A stretch of 34,265 bases of DNA, from IMG/VR virus record IMGVR_UViG_3300042997_001168, positions 1-34,265 of that record; one strand, written 5' to 3'. The notes beneath the pieces were generated by a model. It was not told the origin of the DNA. It saw only the letters and a list, made by a program, of their open reading frames with translations, and did no database searches. Each line of letters starts with the position of its first letter. Within the stretch, counting starts at the first letter, position 1. The stretch comes from a virus (Duplodnaviria; Caudoviricetes). Positions 27,118 to 34,265 of this stretch are shown here, piece by piece. Made by a program: the position numbers and the translations under genes.

Positions 27118-27776
27118 TGGGCCTCAGCAGTTCGAAGACGACGACAGGGCCAAGCAAGCAGGCTTTGCCCTATCTTCAGTCGGCATCGTCCACCGTGCAA
27201 AACGCCTTTGCCGGCAACCAGGGCAACGTGAAGGACATCACGAACAGCCTCAAGGGGACGTTCGACAGCTATTCGATCGACAACCCGACGCTGACCGGCG
27301 CGCGCGGTTATGTCGATGATGTGCTGGGGGGCAAATATCTCGACGCCGGGAATCCCTATCTGGAAGGCGTGATCAACACCACGAACAACAGCGTTGCCGA
27401 CCGGGTGAACTCGCTGTTCAGCCGCAATGGGCAAACCGGCTCGTCGCGGCAGATCGGGGAGCTTGGCTCTCGCCTTGCCGAAGCCGAAAACAACCTGCGC
27501 TACACCGACTATAACAATGAGCGGGACCGCATGGCGTCGGCCGTGTCTCAGGCGCTCGGCCTCAACAGCGCGACGAATGAGAATGTACAGACGAAGGCCG
27601 GATTGGGCGCAACCACGGCTGGATTGCCCATGAATGACGCTCTCGCGCTCGCTCAGGCCCTTGGAGGCCTGTGGGGTGGCAGCACGACGACCAAGACCAG
27701 CGGGGGGCTTGGCTCTGCCCTGTTGGGCGTTGCCGGTTCTGCCTTAGGTGGTTGGGCAGGCGGGGGATTTCGTTAA
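27117..27776 (+). CDS. DNA ejection/internal virion protein (gp7-like position)
   Basis: MG..S..TTT N-terminus, NPYL motif, Gly-rich hydrophobic C-terminus. Confidence 0.7.
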   Translation: MGLSSSKTTTGPSKQALPYLQSASSTVQNAFAGNQGNVKDITNSLKGTFDSYSIDNPTLTGARGYVDDVLGGKYLDAGNPYLEGVINTTNNSVADRVNSLFSRNGQTGSSRQIGELGSRLAEAENNLRYTDYNNERDRMASAVSQALGLNSATNENVQTKAGLGATTAGLPMNDALALAQALGGLWGGSTTTKTSGGLGSALLGVAGSALGGWAGGGFR

Positions 27777-28447
27777 TGGCTATGATGTTTCGCGGCCTTG
27801 GGAAGCCCACTGATCAGCTTGATATTCAGATCGCGCCGCAGTCGAATGGGCTGTTCGACGGTGGCATGGGGCCGTCCGCCCCGCCCATGCCGATGCCCGC
27901 TCCTGCTGCTGACACCGGCAAGATCGGCACTGGCCGCATGATCGCGGGCTATGTCGGGGACGCTCTGGCCCAGCTTGGCGGGCTGCGGGGTAACTTCGCC
28001 CCGGCGATGCAGCAGCATCAGGAGGCATTGCGGCGGGCGCAGCAGGCCCAGTTGCAGCGGCAGGCTGAAATGCAGGATTGGGTGGCGAAGGAGCAATGGG
28101 AACGGGCCAATCCGAAGCCCATCAACAACGACACCGCCAACGACTTTTCCTATATTGAGCAAACGCTTGGCCGCGATTCAGCGCTTCAGTGGCTCAAGAA
28201 CAAAACTGATCCCATCGTCAGCATACCGGTGCCGGGGGGCACCTATCTGGGTCCGCGCTCTGGAATGGGCACGGTTGCGAAAGGAGGTGGTCAATCTTCT
28301 GTCGGTAATAGCGCGCCGCAGGCTGCTATCGACTATCTCCGCAACAACCCGTCTCTGGCGGATCAGTTTGACGCGAAATACGGGAAAGGCGCGGCTGCGG
28401 CAATTTTGGGAGGTGCGCCCTCGCAAGGGGGCGCCACCTTTCCCTGA
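27776..28447 (+). CDS. Second ejection/internal virion protein
   Basis: TAATG overlap; Q/A/G-rich; ends TTT CCC TGA. Confidence 0.7.
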   Translation: MAMMFRGLGKPTDQLDIQIAPQSNGLFDGGMGPSAPPMPMPAPAADTGKIGTGRMIAGYVGDALAQLGGLRGNFAPAMQQHQEALRRAQQAQLQRQAEMQDWVAKEQWERANPKPINNDTANDFSYIEQTLGRDSALQWLKNKTDPIVSIPVPGGTYLGPRSGMGTVAKGGGQSSVGNSAPQAAIDYLRNNPSLADQFDAKYGKGAAAAILGGAPSQGGATFP

Positions 28448-28451
28448 TCCG

Positions 28452-28703
28452 ATGGGCGCTCCAGGCACGATGACCAGCGGACGACGCACGCCTGAGGGCA
28501 ATCGCGCGGTCGGAGGGGTTCCGAACAGCCATCATCTGACCGGCGATGGTGTGGACTATTCCGGCACGTCTGTTGCGGCGCTCAAGAGCTATTTCGGCCC
28601 GAACGCACGCTATCTCGATGAGGGCAACCACATCCACGTCACCCTGCCCGGCTATGGTCGGGTTCCTTACTTTGGCAAGCGCGGTACAGCGGGGCTTCGA
28701 TAA
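28452..28703 (+). CDS. Peptidase M15-type Zn peptidoglycan peptidase domain (possibly a frameshift extension of the upstream gene)
   Basis: TSGRR.PE.N..VGG..NS.HL.G...D...HIHV; no RBS before ATG 28452. Confidence 0.7.
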   Translation: MGAPGTMTSGRRTPEGNRAVGGVPNSHHLTGDGVDYSGTSVAALKSYFGPNARYLDEGNHIHVTLPGYGRVPYFGKRGTAGLR

Positions 28704-31171
28704 TGGCGCAGCAGAGCAATCCTTTCGATCAGTTTGACGAAACGCCCGCCTCTGCGGGACAGATCATTCGCGATCCCTTCGCGCAGCGTCGGGAGGATAG
28801 GGCGGATCGCAATGACGCGCGCGCTGAGCGCCGGGAGGATCGCCAGGACCAGCGCGAAGCGATCATGACCCCCGCGCAGCTTGAAGCGCTGCGACTGGAC
28901 AATGAGAAGAAGCGCCGCGACCTTGCTGCACAGCAGGCCACCGCCACTCCTGAGCAGCAGAAGGCGCAGTCGACCCTCGCCAATGACGAAATTATCGCCG
29001 CGATCCAGCGGGCGAAAGCCGATCTCCAGAATGGTGGCGCGGCAGGTTATTGGGCGCGCCTGCCTGAAATGTTCCAGCCGCAGTCTGCTATCAATCTCAG
29101 CGGCTCGCTCAATACAATCGCATCGCGCCTGACGCTGGATAAGCTCGCGCAACTAAAGCAGGCATCGCCTACCGGTGCATCGGGCCTTGGCTCTCTGACC
29201 GAGAAGGAAGGCGCGCTCCTTCGCGACAGTGTTGCTGCCTTGGGGCAGACGCAGGACCCGGCAAGGCTCATGGAGAGCCTGAACAATGTCGAGAAGCACT
29301 ATCGAAACGTGATGGCTCTCTCCAATGGCGAGGACTATCGTGATCCGAAGGTTGCGGAGCGCTATGGGATTGTTGCGGGACCGCCGAAGATTGGCACGGG
29401 CAACTCGTCCATGGAGGTTGATCCCAGCGGCGGCAATGTCGGACCGAATCCGGCACTAAAGGGCGTGAACGATGAGGTTCGCGCGCTCATCGGCATGGGA
29501 CGCCCCGTCGAGGAAATCCGAAATTATCTGCGCTCCAAGGGGGTCGATGACAGTCAGACGCAGGGGTTGGATGCCGCCACACAGTTCATCCGGGAGAACC
29601 CGTCTGAGCGTGGCAAGCCATACCGGGGCGATGTGTCCGTAGACCTGATGCGGACGGCTAATCCTAATGCCTTCGGGGCGCTGTCCGCTTCTCCGGTAGG
29701 GTCTTATTTCGGCGGGGCATTCAATGGTGCCACGGCTGGTCTATCTGATGAGGTGGTAGGCGGCATGTCGGCCCTCACTGGTGGTGACTACACGCAATCC
29801 CGCGATGCCTTCAATGCTCGCAAGAACCTTCTGAATGAAGCCAATCCCACTGCGGGTATGCTGGGCAACATCACGGGTGGAGCAATGGCGCTCGCTGCAC
29901 CAGGCGCTGCGCTCTCGCGGCTCGGTATCGGTGGCGCGGCAGAGGCTTCCACTTTTGCCCCTCGCCTTCTTGCCGAAGACGCGCTGTACGGTGGTTTGTA
30001 TGGCGCGGGGGAGAATAACGACAATCGCCTGTGGGGCGGCTTTACTGGCGCGCTGGAAGGTGCAGCCGGTGGCGCTGCTGGTCGTGGGGCATTTCGTGGT
30101 CTGGGCATGGCGTTTCGCGGTGCTCGTGGCGCAACTTCCGATGCAGCGCGCTATCTCCGCGAGCAGGGGGTGCCGCTGACGCCGGGGCAGGCTGCTGGCG
30201 GTCGTCTGAAGACAAGGGAAGATCGCCTTTCTGGGTTTCAAGGCATCGGAGATCGCATCGGTGAACTGCGTCGCCAAGGGCTAGAGGGTTTCAATGCCGC
30301 CGGTTTCCGGCAAAATCTGGAACCTATCGGAGAGCAAATCCCGCCCGGCCTGCTGGGAGAGGAGGCGGTCGAAGCAACGCGCGGGGCTGTCGGTCGCGGA
30401 TATGACGCGGCTTTGGGTGGCCGCACATTCGATGCCAATGACCCACAGTTTGTCACCGATCTGGGGCGTAGCCTTTCTGATGCTCGCGGCCTTCCCGCTA
30501 TCGGGGATCAGGCAGAATACTCCATTCAGCGCAGCATAGAGCCTTTCATCAGTCCGAACGGAACGATGAGCGGTCGCGGTATGCAGCAGGCGAGCCAAGA
30601 GTTGACGCGGCGCGGAACTCGTTTCGGCAACTCGCAGGACGCAGTTGGACCAGACGCAGCGAATACCCTGTCCGACGCATTAGCGGCGATTGAAGGACTG
30701 GTAGAACGCCAAAGCCCTGGCACGATTGATGCCTTCCGCGCCGCCAATGGCGCATATCGCGGCGGCCGGGTGCTGGAGGATGCGGTGGGCGCAGCGCGCA
30801 ACACCGGCCTTGGCCTGTTCACCCCTGCCCAGCTAACGAACGCGGCATATGCCAATGCCCGCCGTTTCGGTGGCCGGCAGTCCACGACTGATCGCCCCTT
30901 CTTCGAACTGTCGCGGGCGGGACAACAGGTTTTACCATCGACAATCCCAGACAGTGGGACAGCCGGTCGCGCCAGCGGGCCGGTTCGTGATGCTGTGCGC
31001 AATATCATTAATGCGCCGCTCTATTCGGACACGGGGCGTCAGGCAGCAGAGACCTTCTTTCTGGCGCCACGGCCGGCTGCGGTTGAACGGGTCGGGGACA
31101 TCATGGTCAATCGCGCCCGCATCCCCGGCATGTTTGGGAATGCCTTAGCGCTGCAATATTATGGGCAATAG
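28703..31171 (+). CDS. Large ejection/internal virion protein (gp16-like position)
   Basis: 822 aa, NPFDQFD start, Gly/Ala-rich central membrane-like segments. Confidence 0.75.
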   Translation: MAQQSNPFDQFDETPASAGQIIRDPFAQRREDRADRNDARAERREDRQDQREAIMTPAQLEALRLDNEKKRRDLAAQQATATPEQQKAQSTLANDEIIAAIQRAKADLQNGGAAGYWARLPEMFQPQSAINLSGSLNTIASRLTLDKLAQLKQASPTGASGLGSLTEKEGALLRDSVAALGQTQDPARLMESLNNVEKHYRNVMALSNGEDYRDPKVAERYGIVAGPPKIGTGNSSMEVDPSGGNVGPNPALKGVNDEVRALIGMGRPVEEIRNYLRSKGVDDSQTQGLDAATQFIRENPSERGKPYRGDVSVDLMRTANPNAFGALSASPVGSYFGGAFNGATAGLSDEVVGGMSALTGGDYTQSRDAFNARKNLLNEANPTAGMLGNITGGAMALAAPGAALSRLGIGGAAEASTFAPRLLAEDALYGGLYGAGENNDNRLWGGFTGALEGAAGGAAGRGAFRGLGMAFRGARGATSDAARYLREQGVPLTPGQAAGGRLKTREDRLSGFQGIGDRIGELRRQGLEGFNAAGFRQNLEPIGEQIPPGLLGEEAVEATRGAVGRGYDAALGGRTFDANDPQFVTDLGRSLSDARGLPAIGDQAEYSIQRSIEPFISPNGTMSGRGMQQASQELTRRGTRFGNSQDAVGPDAANTLSDALAAIEGLVERQSPGTIDAFRAANGAYRGGRVLEDAVGAARNTGLGLFTPAQLTNAAYANARRFGGRQSTTDRPFFELSRAGQQVLPSTIPDSGTAGRASGPVRDAVRNIINAPLYSDTGRQAAETFFLAPRPAAVERVGDIMVNRARIPGMFGNALALQYYGQ

Positions 31172-31423
31172 TCAGTTAAACCATCCGTTGGCCACTGCAT
31201 TGTATCCGATGATACATATTGCTCCATATGCTGCCCAAGCCGCGATCTTCCCGAAGCGCTCCCATCGGCGCAGCCTCAGATCGGGTTCGTATGTCTGCGT
31301 GCGCGGGTTCCAGTCGAGCGGGATTTCTGTGCGTCGGGCTTTCCAGTCCCGATATTCGAACATGAGGGCGCGCATGCCCGCAAATCCCGCTGATGCGGCG
31401 ACTATCTGCCAGTTGATGTCCAC
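31172..31423 (-). CDS. Small two-TM membrane protein (lysogenic cargo)
   Basis: 83 aa, two hydrophobic stretches, co-oriented with the mnt-like gene. Confidence 0.55.
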   Translation of the reverse strand: MDINWQIVAASAGFAGMRALMFEYRDWKARRTEIPLDWNPRTQTYEPDLRLRRWERFGKIAAWAAYGAICIIGYNAVANGWFN

Positions 31424-31454
31424 GACCCACCCCTACCCTATCGTGAGATGAGAC

Positions 31455-31772
31455 TCAATCGGGGCGACCATGACCCATCATCCGCTCACGCAAAGTTATC
31501 TCTGTAAGGAGGTTGTTCTTCTGTTGGGCTATCTCATCCAACTCTGCGGCTGTGTAGCGCATCCTAGCATCAAGCATCACTAGCTTCTCCCGAAGCTCAT
31601 CCAGTTTCTTATTCTCTATATCGCCAGCCACCAGGGTCAGCATCTCAATGATCTCACTGTTCATCGACCGGCCATTGGCCTTGGCGCGGGTGATGACGCG
31701 CTGATGAAGTTCGGGCGGTAGGCGCACGTTAAAGCGGATTTCTTCCTTAGCGCCATTTTTTTCGTTTGACAC
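31455..31772 (-). CDS. Arc/Mnt-family ribbon-helix-helix repressor with coiled-coil tail (Mnt-like; start 31772 or 31790)
   Basis: RFNVRLPPELHQRV...AKANGRSMNSEII. Confidence 0.85.
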   Translation of the reverse strand: MSNEKNGAKEEIRFNVRLPPELHQRVITRAKANGRSMNSEIIEMLTLVAGDIENKKLDELREKLVMLDARMRYTAAELDEIAQQKNNLLTEITLRERMMGHGRPD

Positions 31773-31812
31773 CACGCCTCCTAGCGCCATAAAAAGAATT
31801 TGGCACCACGCC
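31748..31812. promoter_or_regulatory. Tandem operator-like repeats between divergent RHH genes
   Basis: tagcgccat-N8-tttg[a/g]caccacgcc at 31748 and 31782 (34-bp period); TTGACA at 31766-31771. Confidence 0.65.
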
Positions 31813-31835
31813 AAAGAGGAAGGAGGTATAACGGA

Positions 31836-32009
31836 ATGCACAAGCGAGTCCAAGACTGGGACCGACTGGTCCTTCGTGTCCCGGATGGGATGCGTGAAGA
31901 GCTTGAAGAATTGGCAGCGGAGGACTGCCGCCCGCTGAACGGAGAGCTAATTTGGCTACTGAAGAGCGGCATCGCCGCCAGAAAAGCGGCGTCGAACCCG
32001 GTTGTCTAA
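31836..32009 (+). CDS. arc: Arc-like RHH repressor
   Basis: LVLRVPDGMREEL...A....R.LN.ELI..L; AGGAGG RBS. Confidence 0.8.
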   Translation: MHKRVQDWDRLVLRVPDGMREELEELAAEDCRPLNGELIWLLKSGIAARKAASNPVV

Positions 32010-32056
32010 GCCGAAGGGTTCGACGCCTTCACACACAAGGAATGCGATATGAACGA
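31982..32056 (-). ncRNA. Putative sar-like antisense RNA to ant
   Basis: Extended -10 TGaTATTAT (32070-32062) on the minus strand; 12-bp stem 31988-31999/32016-32027 followed by GCTTTTC. Confidence 0.5.
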
Positions 32057-32804
32057 GGAAGATAATATCAGCTTCCCGGTCGTGGCGCTAGGCCAGATCG
32101 GAGAAGGGGTGTTGCAGTCTGCCAATGCGCGGGAACTGCATGCCTATCTAGAGAACCGCGACGCTTTCGCAAACTGGATCGCTGATCGCATCCGGCAGTA
32201 CGGGTTCGTGGAAAACGTGGATTTCGTGACTTATTTGGAAAATACCAAAAAAGGTCGCCCATCCAAGGAATACCGCATCTCGCTCGATATGGCCAAGGAG
32301 ATGGCGATGGTGGAGCGGAATGAGAAGGGTAAGCAGGTCCGCCGCTATTTTATTGAATGTGAACGGCGAGCACTGACGCGCTCCCCTGCTCTCGACATGC
32401 GTGATATTGGCCAACTCCAGGTCGCCGCGCTCCAACTGATTGAGATGAATCAAGAGAAAGACGAAAAAATCGCAGTCTTGCTGCCCAAGGCGGAAGCGAT
32501 GGATCGGCTTGAAACATCCGAGGGTTCGGTCGGCCCACGCTTAGCGGCAAAAATGCTGAACATGCCCGAACGCAAGTTCATCAAATGGCTGGAGGCCAAT
32601 CATTGGGCGTTCCGTCAGAATGGCGTGGGGCCTCTGCAAGCTTACAAGGATAAGCGCGAACGGGGCTACCTCGAGCACCGACCCCACACTTACTATGATC
32701 AGGTCCGTGGCGAGGATCGCACTATCGCGCAGATGATGATCACCCCAAAGGGCTTGGCAAGATTGGCTGTTTTGCTGGGCGTGCAACTGGAGGCAGCGGC
32801 ATGA
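32049..32804 (+). CDS. ant: Phage antirepressor (AntA/AntB N-terminal plus KilAC/ANT C-terminal domain)
   Basis: NARELH..L....F..WI..RI..YGF.EN.DF, EY..SLDMAKE.AMVERNEKGKQ.RRYFIECE, PKA...D..AAK.L..ITPKGL..L. Confidence 0.9.
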   Translation: MNEEDNISFPVVALGQIGEGVLQSANARELHAYLENRDAFANWIADRIRQYGFVENVDFVTYLENTKKGRPSKEYRISLDMAKEMAMVERNEKGKQVRRYFIECERRALTRSPALDMRDIGQLQVAALQLIEMNQEKDEKIAVLLPKAEAMDRLETSEGSVGPRLAAKMLNMPERKFIKWLEANHWAFRQNGVGPLQAYKDKRERGYLEHRPHTYYDQVRGEDRTIAQMMITPKGLARLAVLLGVQLEAAA

Positions 32805-33031
32805 GCAATGATAATGAGTTCACACTCAAAAAGATCGAAATCTTCAACGGGTATGAGAGCGGCAATCCTGATGTCGCCCGGTGGTACGTGAACCATCACT
32901 ATTCAGATGGAACGGAATCTATCGTGGATGACAAGCCTTCCTATAAGGAGGCCCTCGGCTCGGCCGTGTATGGCGGCATGGAAGACCGCGTCTTCAACGT
33001 GCCTATAGAGGACAACTGCACCCTCCGATAA
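32801..33031 (+). CDS. Hypothetical protein
   Basis: 76 aa, ATGA overlap with ant. Confidence 0.65.
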   Translation: MSNDNEFTLKKIEIFNGYESGNPDVARWYVNHHYSDGTESIVDDKPSYKEALGSAVYGGMEDRVFNVPIEDNCTLR

Positions 33032-33103
33032 AAACAGAACGGCGCGGGCCTAGACCTCCCGCGCCGCTCCTAACCCTCAATCGATCTGATAAGGAGATCG
33101 ACC

Positions 33104-33478
33104 ATGGCTACACAGCCTCATACATCATCGCGCCGTTCGTTCCTAGCCGCTGCCGCACTGGCGCCAGTTGTTATCTCCGCGCCGGCCATTGCGGCACCCG
33201 CCCCGGATTATATGCAGCGCCTTTACGAACTCGACCTCTGGACGGCGCAGTTGGAAAACAGCGACGTTCCGGACGAAGAATGGAACCGGTGGGAGGTGGA
33301 ATCATCCCGCCTCTGGAAAGAAATCGCGGCACTTCCGGCCACCCCTGAAACCGCCAAGATAAAGGCGCGCTGCATTCACTCGATATGCAACGGTAGGCTT
33401 GAGGATGTGATCCACGGCCACTCAACATCGGAAAGGCTAGCTCGCCAAGTGCTGACGATCTTGGGCACGGCGACCTAA
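33104..33478 (+). CDS. Hypothetical protein with a twin-arginine-like N-terminus
   Basis: AAGGAG RBS; SRRSFLAAAALAPVVISAPAIA. Confidence 0.7.
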   Translation: MATQPHTSSRRSFLAAAALAPVVISAPAIAAPAPDYMQRLYELDLWTAQLENSDVPDEEWNRWEVESSRLWKEIAALPATPETAKIKARCIHSICNGRLEDVIHGHSTSERLARQVLTILGTAT

Positions 33479-33492
33479 CAACCACCTGCTAA

Positions 33493-33516
33493 GGCGGCCT
33501 TCGGGCCGCCATTTCT
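33493..33516 (+). terminator. Intrinsic terminator
   Basis: ggcggcc-ttcg-ggccgcc followed by atttct. Confidence 0.65.
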
Positions 33517-33665
33517 CCCCTTCCCTATCCCCGCGATTCTGCTACATTATCGCCATCAGTCGGGAACTGAGCCGCCGCCATAGGCCGCGCGCCAACCATC
33601 CCTAATCCCAACATTGCGAGATAGCTGCGGAAACACCGCCTCTCGCCCGGATTAGGAATAAAGCG

Positions 33666-34265
33666 TTGGCCGTTGAGGACTGGAGCACTACCGCAGGCGA
33701 CAATGGGACTGTTGGCCCTGTCAACATCGCTGAAGGCTGGCCCGCCGCGAACGCGAACAACGCGATCCGCGAGATAATGGCACAGATCAAGACGTGGGTG
33801 GACAACCTCGTCAACGTCTTTCAGCCCAAGACTACGCGCCTAGATAATATCTCGGCACTGGCTGGCATCGCCAACCACTTCCTGATGTTCACTGGCGCTG
33901 ACACCTATGCGGGCAAGCCGATAACGACCTTTGCGCAGGGTCTAGTCGCGATGTCGGATGCAGAGAGTATCGCCAACGCTCTTGGCGCTGTGCGGGTCGT
34001 CTCGGTCTCGCTTGGCAATCCTGGTTATATTCGCTTCCAGATTGGGCCTAGCTCATTCTTCCAGATCGCATGGGGAACCGTAACGGTCGGCCAGGATAGC
34101 CTGGCAAGCGTGACCTATCCCAACGCCTTCACAAGCCTTGCCATACCCGTTCCTGCCGCGATGGGGGTGAGTGGGAATAATAGCGCCAATGAAAACTGCG
34201 GCTATGTGAGCGGCTCCGGCACCGTCGGTGGCTTCTCCATCTACAATTCGGACAACCGAACATAC
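33666..34265 (+). CDS. Tail fibre protein, runs off the window end (not in the ORF track)
   Basis: Open from TTG 33666 to the end: MAVEDWSTTAGDN..NIAEG.PA...NNAIREIMAQI.. then GYIRF..QIAWG..VTYPNAF (gp53-like fibre tip). Confidence 0.75.
   Translation, partial: MAVEDWSTTAGDNGTVGPVNIAEGWPAANANNAIREIMAQIKTWVDNLVNVFQPKTTRLDNISALAGIANHFLMFTGADTYAGKPITTFAQGLVAMSDAESIANALGAVRVVSVSLGNPGYIRFQIGPSSFFQIAWGTVTVGQDSLASVTYPNAFTSLAIPVPAAMGVSGNNSANENCGYVSGSGTVGGFSIYNSDNRTY

Larger units (their letters stand above)
1..34265. mobile_element. Temperate P22-like phage/prophage genome segment (both ends truncated)
   Basis: Lambdoid gene order: recombination arm, repressor/cro switch, replication, terS-terL-portal-scaffold-capsid, ejection proteins, arc/ant, tail fibre. 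No host housekeeping genes and no tape-measure gene seen. Confidence 0.95.

Overview
The window is most of a temperate, P22-like (short-tailed, lambdoid-organised) phage or prophage. The host is probably alphaproteobacterial, plausibly Sphingomonadaceae; this is inferred from the SSB N-terminus, a GAAC-N7-GAAC LexA box and high GC. 1-8773 (minus): early leftward operon with small accessory genes, Sak/Rad52-like annealase, SSB, NinB and two HNH homing endonucleases. 8800-10340: immunity region with 19-bp operators, PL/PRM/PR, an XRE repressor lacking an S24 peptidase domain, and cro. 10340-17140 (plus): CII-position gene, DNA methylase, RusA, helicase and primase. 17188-31171: terminase, portal, scaffold, capsid, adaptor/nozzle and ejection proteins. 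31172-33480: a P22 immI-like mnt/arc/ant module, then a truncated tail-fibre gene. No integrase or lysis cassette was recognised. Top observations: (1) a decapitated PemK/MazF-like toxin remnant whose 3' end carries a promoter for a structured ~140-nt RNA, a candidate orphan RNA antitoxin; (2) a LexA-boxed Cys-rich ORF written antisense over the repressor's 3' half; (3) a sar-like antisense RNA against the antirepressor; (4) a likely +1 frameshift (TTT CCC TGA) adding an M15 peptidase to an ejection protein. All family calls come from motif recognition by eye; no searches were run.
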